Of a stretch of DNA of 64,000 nucleotides, positions 12,330 through 25,900 are shown in pieces. A program made the position numbers and the translations under genes. Below the pieces are notes generated by a model. The model was not told the DNA's origin. It saw only the letters and a program-made list of their open reading frames with translations, and made no database searches. Source of the stretch: Macrostomum hystrix (Eukaryota; Animalia; Platyhelminthes); the NCBI GenBank assembly GCA_950097015.1, contig CATNEN010000007.1:4836001-4900000 (forward strand), given 5' to 3'. Position 1 is the stretch's first letter. Each line of letters starts with the position of its first letter.

Positions 12330-12715
12330 ATTATTATTATATATTATAATAATAATATAATAATAATTGCAGGACGGCTGCGTGCACCGCACACCATGTG
12401 GTGACAATAGACCCGCAGCCAGCGAGGAGGCAATTCTGCCCATTTCGCTGACTCCTGAGCACACACGCACACAGATACCGTATGCAGGCACACGCTCACA
12501 CAGGTGTGTACATCTGCCCTGACTTTCTCATTGTCAGGCAGTGCACACTATCACTGTGCCTTGGAGGTTGGCCCTCAAGGGCGTAAATTGCACGACAAGC
12601 AACCAAGCCTTCTCTCCGCGGCTGCGCCCCAAATAAATGTGGCCTCGCCGTGGAATCGAACTTAGGGACCTTGGTGCGAGAGGCAAACGCGTTAACCGCT
12701 CTGCCACCGACCCCC
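12330..12715 (-). mobile_element. tRNA-derived SINE, copy 1
   Basis: The minus strand starts ggggtcggtggcagagcggttaacgcg (A-box-like) ... aagttcgattcc (B-box). The about 350-bp body is shared with copies at 36591, 39938 and 55277. The tail is (ATT)n-rich. Confidence 0.85.
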
Positions 12716-13420
12716 TAATAGTAACTACTATTAATTACTTATATAATTAATCTAATTTCTTGAGAGCTTCGCAGAAAAAGGCGACAAAAAGTTTCTAGGT
12801 GATTTTGTGATGCAGCGGTCTCAAAGAAATATAATTATTTTTATATAATTGATCACACGATCACAGTTCCTTCGCGTGTATTTCAATCAGATCTAGTAAA
12901 TTTAGTGCGTTTGAAAATCAATCTGTGATCAAAAATAGATAGACAAGCAGATCTCTAGCTTCATTCATCAGGTTGGGCGCAATTAGCAAAACACCTTCTG
13001 ACCTGCTTCTCTGCTACAAAAATAATTCATTTCCTTTTAAGTAAAATAGTGTTAAAATACATAATAGTGCCGTCACCCATTGTACCGCTTAGATAGACTT
13101 TCAGCATCTCTTAGGTATGTCCGTCTGTTACTACCATATTTGATGGGGCAGAATAAAGCGCTGGCATGCTTCAGTGACAGTTTTGTTTTAGTGCTCAAAA
13201 TTCAAAAGTTTCAATTGGAGTTTTCGCTACAAATTTATCTATTAAACGCTAACAAACGCTAGATATTGCTTGTAAGTAGCATGTACTCGTACAGCATCGC
13301 CAGTGTTTTAGGATCCCCGCATCCGATATGGCAGTGGACAAAAGAGAATCAGTTAATAAAATAAACAATGAAAATGTCACTCCAAAAGTTCTTATCAAAA
13401 GTTCAGATCCGCTCCCAGCT

Positions 13421-13920
13421 TCAATGCTTCGGCCCGGCAGTGCACTTGCAGCCCTCGATGCCGTACAAGGTCAGCTGCATGCTGCCGCCGTCTGTGCAGG
13501 CCGCGGTGATGGCCGGCTTGGCTCGGTAGCCCGTCGGGTTGCAGCAGGAGCACTCGCCCATGACCTTGACGGCTCCCTGCGGTCACATTGCCGGCGGTTG
13601 GGGTGGGTGTACATTTAGAATAAACAGTGAGAATTTTCAAATGCTTCGTCTTGAGCGCCAACAATGGCTATGATAAGTATTCTCTCAAAAAGGTAAATTC
13701 AGGTAGTCGGAGGCTAATACAGGGAGACAGTAGCGACTCGAATTTTCTGATTTGGCCGAGAGGCGGCTCGGCGAGCTCACCTGCTCAGTGATGTGCACCG
13801 AGTTGCTGCCGGGGCAGGCGCCGACGCACCGGTCGATGTTGATCGGCGTCACGAATCGGCAGAACCGACCATCGGGCCGCTTGGCCTCCCGAAGCAGCGT
13901 GCTGCCCCGGGCGCAGGCCT
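13421..13920 (-). other. C-terminal cystine knot (CTCK) domain, split over the last two exons
   Basis: ACARG...[19 protein letters not shown]...EQ|[51 protein letters not shown]. This is the CxGxC, CxCC and CxC pattern of VWF/mucin/SSPO CK domains. Confidence 0.85.
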
Positions 13921-16900
13921 TCAGGCTAGCTCTGTAGCAGCAGCCGGCCGCGTCCAGGACCCGTCGAGCTTCCGAACCGGCGGCTCCGGCCAAGGCCTCG
14001 TCAGCCTGCGTGCATGGCGGCACCTCGGACAGTCGCAGTGGCTGGGAAGTCAGCTGGCCGTGCAGGCATTGGCGCTGGCTGCAGTTCGACCTGTCGACAT
14101 CCACCCTGCCGCTGGGCCAGACCTCGCCGTTCACTAGGCAGGTGAAGCAGTCCTGCAGGCTGACGCATTTGCCGCTAGCGTCACGCGCCATACCTGGCTT
14201 GCACTGGCAGCCGGGCCGGCAGTTCGACTGCGGCTGCGCAGCTTCCGGGTGCAGCAGCTGGGCGCAGGTGGTCTCGCAGCGGCCGGTGTCCACGTAGGCA
14301 TCGCTGGGACTGCAGCAGGCGCCCTCGTCACCGAAGCAGTCGGTGCCGCGGCTAGTCGGCCCGACGCACTCCGCACCGCCGTTGGCCGCCGGCGTGGCTA
14401 TCGACCTGAGCGTTAGCGTGGAACGCAGCTGGCATTCATGTTATTCGCTCCCACCTCTAGATCTGTCTCTCTCTTTTGTTTCACTGCCTATGTTGGGCTA
14501 GCTTAGAGGTGAAGTGTTACAGTTCAACTCATGCGATTCACATCTATATGCGCTTATGAAAACCAAAAAGTATTCAGTTTTTTCTCCTATGCGAAAATGC
14601 ATTTGCAAGAGCTCTAGGATTCGCTTAGAAACTCCTGTCGAATGACAGCCTTTTGGTCAAGTAATATAAAAGCTCTTGCACTGAGAGAAAGTGTTCCCGA
14701 CCCCTTTTCCGAACCTTTTCCACCCTTCTCCGACCTCCTTTTGCGCGAGTAACCATTAAACACTTGTGTTTGGGAAACACTTTCACTCGGTAATTTTATA
14801 GTGAGTCTTCATTTTTGTGATTGTTTGCTTTGAGACCGTCTAAATATAATCCGATTGAGAGCATAACATCTAAAGTGAGTGCAACATCAGGAAAAGATAG
14901 TCGATTTCCCACGCCTCCTTATTTCTTAGAAATAGCCGTTTGTAATTGGCCTTTCTGCTAAAGATAACAATTGAAGATAATAAGAATATTCATTAAGCTA
15001 GACATAAATAGAACAGAGGCGAATCGAAAATATTTCAAAGGCACAATGAGATTCAGTCTTCAGGGAAAACACATGCAGAACTCACCTGGTCCATGTCTGC
15101 TTGCCGGAGCCACAGGTGACGTTGCAGCCGCCCACTTTCTGCCATGCCGACCAGACGCAGTCCTGGGCGCAGCTCTTCTCCTCGCAGACAAACTGGCCGC
15201 TGACGCAGGTGCATTTGTTGCAGGCCTTGTTCACCACGGAGCCGGGCGGCATCAGCTGGCTGGAATTATCTGGGTGGGCGCAGCTGCACTCGGCGACGGC
15301 TACGCAGCTGTCAGCCTCGCGGACCTTGTCTCCCGAGCAGCCGCAGCCCTGGACGCAGCCGACGTCCTGGCACTGCTTGTTCGCGCGCACATCAGCGCAG
15401 GTCCGCCAGCACTTAGTGGCGCAGCTGATTAGAGTCTCCGGCCCGGTGCAGACTGTCTCGTTGCATGGCATCAACGTTGGCTCGAACTCGCGATCGCGGC
15501 AGGCCTGGCCACCGTTGGCCGCCGGCCGCAGCACCGGCCTCGTGCGCTGACGCTCCCCGACGCCGCAGCTGGGGTTGCAGGCCGAGCCGACGCAGTTCTT
15601 GACTCGCTCGCTCCAAGCCGACCACTGACCTACCAAACAGTCGACCTTGCACAGCTTGTTGCACGTGATAACCTCGTAGGTGCTCGGACAGGCCTTTCCA
15701 CCGTTAGCCGGTTGCTGGGTGACCTGCCGCAGCTGCAGCTGTCGGCCTGTGGCTGTCGGATTCGTTCCGTCGCACTCAGCGTAACAGGTGCCGTTAGTCC
15801 AGTCAGAGACCTGGCAGTCGACCGGGGGAGCGCAGTCCTGGCGGTTGCACGACTGCTGGTCCAAATCCGTGCGGCCGCTAGCGTCTGGAGCGCAGCTGCG
15901 TGTCTCGTTTGCGCAAAGACGGACGCAGGCGCGGCTCCTTCGTCTGAAGAAGGAAGAAAGAAAAGGCGTGGAATCTTGCAGCAATAAGGGTGCAAATCGT
16001 CACATTGAGGTCATTAAAGCTCGTGGGGCATCACTGTCTGAGTAAATTGAGTGAATTGTACACACGAACGAGGGTCTGACCTGGTGCCAGTGCCACAAGG
16101 TGCGCTGCAGGCGGAGAAGTCAGACCAATCAGACCACTGCGGTGGCGGATTCGATGCATCATCTGGCAGTTTGGGGACGCACTCGCGTCTACCAGTAAAG
16201 TAGCTGCAGTAGCAGATCTCGCATGTGTTGTCAGCTGGAATTGTCTCTCCTGGAGGCACCAGGTTGCCGAACTTGTCGGTGCAGCCAGGACAGCGGCCGG
16301 TGTTGCAAGGCTGCGACTCGGAGGCGTCGCCAAGGCAGGCTCTTCCAGTGCCGCGGCGAATAGTGGCTTGAGCACGAGTTCGCGTGCGAGAGCCGCCATC
16401 GCAGGCCTTGCTGCAGGGCTCCCAATCGCTCCAGGGTCCCCAGGTGCAATCGCAGTTTGCTGTCGGCACGCAGGTAGCGATGCCGTTGACGCAGCGTCCC
16501 TGCGAACAGAGACCGCAGCTGAGCGTCGTGAGGTCGCAGGTGCATTTGTCAGGAGTGACGCAAGTTCGTGCGCTCTCGTCGAACACGAGACCCTGAGCGC
16601 AGAAGCAACCCGTTGAGCAGGCAAGCTGATCCGAGCAAGTCTCGTTTGTCACGTGCCCGCAGGTATACGGACAGGAAGTGGTACTACATGGACGCATCAC
16701 CTTGCCTTCAGAGCAGACTGGCGAAGGGGTGGTTGCTCCGCATGGTTGAATATTGCACAGGGCTGTCTCAGTCGATGCGTCTTCTAATTGGCAGGCACCC
16801 TGAGGGGTTCTTGTGCGCCTCTTGACCCCGGTATTGCATGGCTGAGAGCACTCGGACCAAGCAGACCATTGGCTCCAGAGACAGGGGCAGGCCTGAGTGT

Positions 16901-19900
16901 TGCACAGCTCAAAGTCCTGGGTGGCAAAGTTGGCAAGTTTAGAAGGGAATCTATGTAAAGTAGTAAAAATATGTAAAATATGAGTGTCTTTCGAAGTATT
17001 GTACCTGGAAGTCCCGTGCGCGGCACTGTTCACCTCCAAAGCGAGCAGGAGACGCCACAGTGCGATTGCGATAGCGGACACCAGTGCCACAGGTCGACGA
17101 ACACGAGCCCCACGGCTGCCACTGGCCCCACTGGCAATCGTTCGAGCAATTAGATTTGCTGCAACGAAGCGCACCGTTGCTGCAGCTGCACTGACCACAG
17201 GCAATCCTTATTGTCACACCAGACTCTAACATGTCACCTTCATTTATTTTTTCGACAACAGAAGACAGTCCAGGTGTGCCGTCAAGCTCAACCCACACAA
17301 CGCCAGTGTAGGACTCGGAAAGCTGCAGCTCCCTGGACACATCGCTCATGGACACTAAGCACTCGCAATCGCCACGAGCCAAGCACGCCGGCGGAGTAGC
17401 TAAAATTTATAATATTTTTGCACGATTAATACTGAAATACACAGACAAGAGCGTTGACAATTAACGCTGTTTACTAACTTGGCTCCAACATGAGACAGGT
17501 AGGAGTGACCGAAATTCCAGGAGTTGAAGTCAACACTGCCGAAGTCGCAGTAGTCGTCGTTGGTGGCGTCGTTGTCGACGTCGATGTCGAAGAACTGGTT
17601 GGTGGTGAAGTTGTTGAAGTCGATGTCGTAGTGGTAGTTGGTGGTGTTGTTGTCGACGTCGATGTCGAAGTGGTCGTTGGTGGTGTTGTTGTCGATGTCG
17701 ATGTCGAAGTAGTAGTTGGTGGTGTCGTTGTCGACGTCGATGTCGAAGTAGTAGTTGGTGGTGTTGTTGTCGACGTCGATGTCGAAGTGGTCGTTGGTGG
17801 TGTAGTTGTCGACGTCGATGTCGAAGTAGTAGTTGGTGGTGTTGTTGTCGACGTCGATGTCGAAGTGGTAGTTGTTGGTGGCGTAGTAGTAGACGTTGAT
17901 GTGGAGGTTGACGTTGTAGACGTCGACGTGGTTGTTGTCGGTGGTGTTGTTGTGGTGCTGCTGGTTGTTGTAGACAATCTTGTGTAGCAACCAAGCATGC
18001 TGACCTGAATCGAAACAGGCAGATTGTTTGTATTTCTGTAGCTGATCTTAATTCTGATTCGGTTTGTTCGAATTCCGAGACCACCGATTGACGCACACTC
18101 CACAAAGTTGGCCATGCACACAGAAAGCTCGTCTGGGGTGCTCGCCGACTTCACCAGAGTGAATGTCGAGGTGACGCCAGACGACTCGAACAGTTCGATT
18201 GATGAAATCAGACCCGGAGTGATAGTAATGATGCTGAGCTTTCCGATTGTCGATTGACTTCCATCGTCGCCACTGACATTGAAATCGAAGGTGATGCTCT
18301 CATCCTTGCGCGTTGAAGATGGCGCGCGGTTCACATCTAAGCCGGAAGCTGAAGATGGTCGCAGTAGGCTCAAGTCGGAGACGGGAATGAGACCGACACC
18401 TTGAGTGGAAGAGCTGATTGAAATGTCATTCAGGCCGATCGGACCATTGCTAGCCATGCCATCCTCTTCAAGACAACGAGTCACAGTATTTGTGGTCTTT
18501 GCCAGAATGACTTCAGTTGTTGTCTGAGGCTGTGTTGTAGTCGAAGTCGAAGTCGAAGTAGTGGTCGTAGGTGGTGTTGTTGTCGACGTCGATGTCGAAG
18601 TGGTCGTTGGTGTTGTTGTCGACGTCGATGTTGAAGTCGTTGTAGGAGGTGTTGTTGTCGACGTCGATGTAGACGTGGTGGTAGGTGGTGTTGTCGTTGA
18701 CGTCGATGTTGATGATGTGGTCGTTGTTGGGGGTGTTGTTGTCGATGTCGATGTAGACGTGGTGGTAGGTGGTGTTGTAGTCGACGTCGATGTGGTCGTA
18801 GGTGGTGTTGTTGTCGACGTCGATGTCGAAGTGGTCGTTGGTGTTGTTGTCGACGTCGATGTTGAAGTCGTTGTAGGAGGTGTTGTTGTCGACGTCGATG
18901 TAGACGTGGTGGTAGGTGGTGTCGTTGACGTCGATGTTGATGATGTGGTCGTTGTTGGGGGTGTTGTTGTCGATGTCGTTGAGGTTGAAGTGGTAGTAGT
19001 CGGTGGTGTTGTTGTTGATGATGTGGTCGTTGTTGGTGGTGTTGTAGTTAACGTTGTGGACGTTGTTGACGTCGTTGGTGGCGTCGTTGTTGTCGACGTT
19101 GATGTTGAAGTGGTGGTTGTTGGTGTTGTCGTTGACGTCGATGTTGATGTTGTGGTCGTTGTTGGGGGTGTTGTTGTCGATGTCGATGTAGACGTGGTGG
19201 TAGGTGGTGTTGTAGTCGACGTCGATGTGGTCGTTGGTGGTGTTGTTGTAGTTGACGTTGTGGACGTTGTTGACGTCGTTGGTGGCGTCGTTGTTGTCGA
19301 CGTTGATGTTGAAGTGGTGGTTGTTGGTGTTGTCGTTGACGTCGATGTTGATGTTGTGGTCGTTGTTGGGGGTGTCGTTGTCGATGTCGATGTAGACGTG
19401 GTGGAAGGTGGTGTTGTAGTCGACGTCGATGTGGTCGTTGGTGGTTTTGTTGTCGAGGTCGTTGAGGTTGAAGTAGTAGTAGTCGGTGGTGTTGTTGTTG
19501 ATGTTGTGGTCGTTGTAGGAGGTGTTGTTGTCGACGTCGATGTTGATGTGGTCGTTGTTGGTGGTGTTGTAGTTGACGTTGAGGAAGTTGTTGACGTCGT
19601 TGGTGGCGTCGTCGTTGTCGACGTTGATGTCGTAGTGGTAGTTGGTGGTGTTGTTGTCGACGTCGATGTTGATGTTGTGGTCGTTGTTGGAGGTGTTGTT
19701 GTCGACGTCGATGTTGATGTTGTCGTTGTTGGTGGTGTTGTAGTTGACGTTGTGGACGTTGATGACGTCGTTGGTGGCGTCGTCGTTGTCGACGTTGATG
19801 TCGTAGTGGTAGTTGGTGGTGTTGTTGTCGACGTCGATGTCGAAGTGGTTGTTGTTGGTTGTGTTGTTGTCGTTGTTGACGTACTTGTTGTTGTCGATCT

Positions 19901-22900
19901 TTGCTTGAAGCAGCCGTAGATACCTATCTGGATGTCGACGCTGTTGTTGTCAGTGACGGATGTGTAGTAGATCTCGAAACGTAGCATTTTTGAAACAATG
20001 GACAGGGTGCTCAGGCAGCTCATTAGATCGAGCTTGCAATTTGTGAGGTTGCTTCCGGTGAAATAGTAAGTGTCCCAGTTTAGCTGCGCCAGATTCGGTT
20101 TGTTGTAGACGCGAACAGCTTTAATATCGGAGGTAGAAAATCGTAGCTCAATTCGTCCGATTTCGATTCCTGTACTGCTTTCAGCAGCTGGGTTGACCTC
20201 AATCAGAATATTCTCATTGGGACTGCTAAGCGACTTTGAGTTCGGAATGTTTAAGTTGAATGGAACTGGCGATGACAGACGCAGCTTTTGCAGGTCGCTT
20301 TGTGTGTAGCCAGTTTGTGTTGAACTGATTATCTGGATTTCTGTTGGAGTAACAATATCCGGATTGGAAAGGCCTTCCAGCTCAACGCAAGCCCGACGCG
20401 CAGTAGTTGTGGTCGGCAGAGTTGTTGTAGACGAAGTTGAAGTCGAAGTGGTCGTTGGTGGCGTTGAGGTCGACGTCGATGTCGAAGTGGTCGTTGGTGG
20501 TGTTGTTGTCGACGTCGATGTCGAAGTGGTCGTTGGTGGTGTTGTTGTCGATGTCGATGTCGAAGTAGTAGTTGGTGGTGTCGTTGTCGACGTCGATGTC
20601 GAAGTAGTAGTTGGTGGTGTCGTTGTCGACGTCGATGTCGAAGTGGTCGTTGGTGGTGTAGTTGTCGACGTCGATGTCGAAGTAGTAGTTGGTGGTGTTG
20701 TTGTCGACGTCGATGTCGAAGTGGTAGTTGTTGGTGGCGTAGTAGTAGACGTTGATGTGGAGGTTGACGTTGTAGACGTCGACGTGGTTGTTGTCGGTGG
20801 TGTTGTTGTGGTGCTGCTGGTTGTTGTAGACAATCTTGTGTAGCAACCAAGCATGCTGACCTGAATCGAAACAGGCAGATTGTTTGTATTTCTGTAGCTG
20901 ATCTTAATTCTGATTCGGTTTGTTCGAATTCCGAGACCACCGATTGACGCACACTCCACAAAGTTGGCCATGCACACAGAAAGCTCGTCTGGGGTGCTCG
21001 CCGACTTCACCAGAGTGAATGTCGAGGTGACGCCAGACGACTCGAACAGTTCGATTGATGAAATCAGACCCGGAGTGATAGTAATGATGCTGAGCTTTCC
21101 GATTGTCGATTGACTTCCATCGTCGCCACTGACATTGAAATCGAAGGTGATGCTCTCATCCTTGCGCGTTGAAGATGGCGCGCGGTTCACATCTAAGCCG
21201 GAAGCTGAAGATGGTCGCAGTAGGCTCAAGTCGGAGACGGGAATGAGACCGACACCTTGAGTGGAAGAGCTGATTGAAATGTCATTCAGGCCGATCGGAC
21301 CATTGCTAGCCATGCCATCCTCTTCAAGACAACGAGTCACAGTATTTGTGGTCTTTGCCAGAATGACTTCAGTTGTTGTCTGAGGCTGTGTTGTAGTCGA
21401 AGTCGAAGTCGAAGTAGTGGTCGTAGGTGGTGTTGTTGTCGACGTCGATGTCGAAGTGGTCGTTGGTGTTGTTGTCGACGTCGATGTTGAAGTCGTTGTA
21501 GGAGGTGTTGTTGTCGACGTCGATGTAGACGTGGTGGTAGGTGGTGTTGTCGTTGACGTCGATGTTGATGATGTGGTCGTTGTTGGGGGTGTTGTTGTCG
21601 ATGTCGATGTAGACGTGGTGGTAGGTGGTGTTGTAGTCGACGTCGATGTGGTCGTAGGTGGTGTTGTTGTCGACGTCGATGTCGAAGTGGTCGTTGGTGT
21701 TGTTGTCGACGTCGATGTTGAAGTCGTTGTAGGAGGTGTTGTTGTCGACGTCGATGTAGACGTGGTGGTAGGTGGTGTCGTTGACGTCGATGTTGATGAT
21801 GTGGTCGTTGTTGGGGGTGTTGTTGTCGATGTCGTTGAGGTTGAAGTGGTAGTAGTCGGTGGTGTTGTTGTTGATGATGTGGTCGTTGTTGGTGGTGTTG
21901 TAGTTAACGTTGTGGACGTTGTTGACGTCGTTGGTGGCGTCGTTGTTGTCGACGTTGATGTTGAAGTGGTGGTTGTTGGTGTTGTCGTTGACGTCGATGT
22001 TGATGTTGTGGTCGTTGTTGGGGGTGTTGTTGTCGATGTCGATGTAGACGTGGTGGTAGGTGGTGTTGTAGTCGACGTCGATGTGGTCGTTGGTGGTGTT
22101 GTTGTAGTTGACGTTGTGGACGTTGTTGACGTCGTTGGTGGCGTCGTTGTTGTCGACGTTGATGTTGAAGTGGTGGTTGTTGGTGTTGTCGTTGACGTCG
22201 ATGTTGATGTTGTGGTCGTTGTTGGGGGTGTCGTTGTCGATGTCGATGTAGACGTGGTGGAAGGTGGTGTTGTAGTCGACGTCGATGTGGTCGTTGGTGG
22301 TTTTGTTGTCGAGGTCGTTGAGGTTGAAGTAGTAGTAGTCGGTGGTGTTGTTGTTGATGTTGTGGTCGTTGTAGGAGGTGTTGTTGTCGACGTCGATGTT
22401 GATGTGGTCGTTGTTGGTGGTGTTGTAGTTGACGTTGAGGAAGTTGTTGACGTCGTTGGTGGCGTCGTCGTTGTCGACGTTGATGTCGTAGTGGTAGTTG
22501 GTGGTGTTGTTGTCGACGTCGATGTTGATGTTGTGGTCGTTGTTGGAGGTGTTGTTGTCGACGTCGATGTTGATGTTGTCGTTGTTGGTGGTGTTGTAGT
22601 TGACGTTGTGGACGTTGATGACGTCGTTGGTGGCGTCGTCGTTGTCGACGTTGATGTCGTAGTGGTAGTTGGTGGTGTTGTTGTCGACGTCGATGTCGAA
22701 GTGGTTGTTGTTGGTTGTGTTGTTGTCGTTGTTGACGTACTTGTTGTTGTCGATCTTTGCTTGAAGCAGCCGTAGATACCTATCTGGATGTCGACGCTGT
22801 TGTTGTCAGTGACGGATGTGTAGTAGATCTCGAAACGTAGCATTTTTGAAACAATGGACAGGGTGCTCAGGCAGCTCATTAGATCGAGCTTGCAATTTGT

Positions 22901-25900
22901 GAGGTTGCTTCCGGTGAAATAGTAAGTGTCCCAGTTTAGCTGCGCCAGATTCGGTTTGTTGTAGACGCGAACAGCTTTAATATCGGAGGTAGAAAATCGT
23001 AGCTCAATTCGTCCGATTTCGATTCCTGTACTGCTTTCAGCAGCTGGGTTGACCTCAATCAGAATATTCTCATTGGGACTGCTAAGCGACTTTGAGTTCG
23101 GAATGTTTAAGTTGAATGGAACTGGCGATGACAGACGCAGCTTTTGCAGGTCGCTTTGTGTGTAGCCAGTTTGTGTTGAACTGATTATCTGGATTTCTGT
23201 TGGAGTAACAATATCCGGATTGGAAAGGCCTTCCAGCTCAACGCAAGCCCGACGCGCAGTAGTTGTGGTCGGCAGAGTTGTTGTAGACGAAGTTGAAGTC
23301 GAAGTGGTCGTTGGTGGCGTTGAGGTCGACGTCGATGTCGAAGTGGTCGTTGGTGGTGTTGTTGTCGACGTCGATGTCGAAGTGGTCGTTGGTGGTGTTG
23401 TTGTCGATGTCGATGTCGAAGTAGTAGTTGGTGGTGTCGTTGTCGACGTCGATGTCGAAGTAGTAGTTGGTGGTGTCGTTGTCGACGTCGATGTCGAAGT
23501 GGTCGTTGGTGGTGTAGTTGTCGACGTCGATGTCGAAGTAGTAGTTGGTGGTGTTGTTGTCGACGTCGATGTCGAAGTGGTAGTTGTTGGTGGCGTAGTA
23601 GTAGACGTTGATGTGGAGGTTGACGTTGTAGACGTCGACGTGGTTGTTGTCGGTGGTGTTGTTGTGGTGCTGCTGGTTGTTGTAGACAATCTTGTGTAGC
23701 AACCAAGCATGCTGACCTGAATCGAAACAGGCAGATTGTTTGTATTTCTGTAGCTGATCTTAATTCTGATTCGGTTTGTTCGAATTCCGAGACCACCGAT
23801 TGACGCACACTCCACAAAGTTGGCCATGCACACAGAAAGCTCGTCTGGGGTGCTCGCCGACTTCACCAGAGTGAATGTCGAGGTGACGCCAGACGACTCG
23901 AACAGTTCGATTGATGAAATCAGACCCGGAGTGATAGTAATGATGCTGAGCTTTCCGATTGTCGATTGACTTCCATCGTCGCCACTGACATTGAAATCGA
24001 AGGTGATGCTCTCATCCTTGCGCGTTGAAGATGGCGCGCGGTTCACATCTAAGCCGGAAGCTGAAGATGGTCGCAGTAGGCTCAAGTCGGAGACGGGAAT
24101 GAGACCGACACCTTGAGTGGAAGAGCTGATTGAAATGTCATTCAGGCCGATCGGACCATTGCTAGCCATGCCATCCTCTTTAAGACAACGAGTCACAGTA
24201 TTTGTGGTCTTTGCCAGAATGACTTCAGTTGTTGTCTGAGGCTGTGTTGTAGTCGAAGTCGAAGTCGAAGTAGTGGTCGTAGGTGGTGTTGTTGTCGACG
24301 TCGATGTCGAAGTGGTCGTTGGTGTTGTTGTCGACGTCGATGTTGAAGTCGTTGTAGGAGGTGTTGTTGTCGACGTCGATGTAGAAGTGGTGGTAGGTGG
24401 TGTTGTCGTTGACGTCGATGTTGATGATGTGGTCGTTGTTGGGGGTGTTGTTGTCGATGTCGATGTAGACGTGGTGGTAGGTGGTGTTGTAGTCGACGTC
24501 GATGTGGTCGTTGGTGGTGTTGTTGTCGATGTCGTTGAGGTTGAAGTGGTAGTAGTCGGTGGTATTGTTGTTGATGATGTGGTCGTTGTTGGTGGTGTTG
24601 TAGTTGACGTTGTGGACGTTGTTGACGTCGTTGGTGGCGTCGTTGTTGTCGACGTTGATGTAGTAGTGGTAGTTGGTGGTGTTGTTGTCGACGTCGATGT
24701 CGATGTTGTGGTCGTTGTTGGTGGTGTTGTAGTTGACGTTGTGGACGTTGTTGACGTCGTTGGTGGCGTCGTTGTTGTCGACGTTGATGTAGTAGTGGTA
24801 GTTGGTGGTGTTGTTGTCGACGTCGATGTTGATGTTGTCGTTGTTGGTGGTGTTGTAGTTGATGTTGTGGAAGTTGATGGAGACATTGTTGTCGACGTCG
24901 ACGTCGAAGTTGTTGTGCTTGGTGGTGTTGTACTTGTATTTGACTCTGTGGTTTGTCGGCTGAAGCATCCAAAAATTGAGAACTTAAGTTTTAGATTAAG
25001 ATCCTTAAGATTCTGGAATTCAATGAACACCGAAAACGACACTGCTGAGAGGCCGCGCCCACTAATCGATGAACAGGCGATCATATTTTCTAAACATTGA
25101 AGCGTCTCAGCAGAACTGCTGGTCCTCTTAATTAGGATTAATTCCGCAGATGAATCAGCCTTTGCAAATAACTGAAGTGATGTAATTAGAACTGGAACAT
25201 TAGCAATGATTCGCAGAATACCTACTATTGAAGGGGACCCGTCTGTTGTGGAGACATCAAAATTAAACTGAATGTGCTCCGACTTTGGAGTAGCCGATGG
25301 AACTTTATTAACAACCAAGCCAGGCGAATTGGGGCGTAGTAGGTTGATATCGCTCTCAACAAACAATGCGCTTTCCGAAAAATTAGAAATGCTAACGTCC
25401 TTTGAAGAAATTATGCTTGAATCCGACATAAAATCTGTTTCATCACATCGGATAGATGTAGTTGTGGAAGTCATTGGCGTCGTCAAAGTGGTCGTGGTCG
25501 TTAGTGGTGTTGTCGTTGACGTCGATGTCGAAGAAGTAGTTGTTTGCGTTGCACTCGACGTCGAAATGGAAGTGGTCGTTGGTAGTGTAGTTGTAGAAGT
25601 CGATGTCGAAGTGGCTGTCGTTGACGGCGTTGAAGCCGACGTCGTTGAAGTTGATGTCGATGTTAACGTTGTAGACGTCGACGTAGTAGTGGTCGGCGAA
25701 GTTGTTGTAGACGTTGTAGTCGTTGTAGGAGGTGTTGTTGTCGACGTCGATGTAGAAGTGGTTGTTGTTGGTTGTGTTGTTGTCGACGTCGATGTTGATG
25801 TTGTCGTTGTTGGTGGTGTTGTAGTTGACGTTGTGGACGTTGCTGACGTCGTTGGTGGCGTCGTTGTTGTCGACGTCGATGTAGACGTGGTGGTAGGTGG

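Noticed and set aside
12640-12715. tRNA gene call for the SINE heads (also 36591 and 40230-40304)
   Set aside because: A and B boxes are present but there is no full cloverleaf, and each head is fused to a common body and tail, so these are SINEs.
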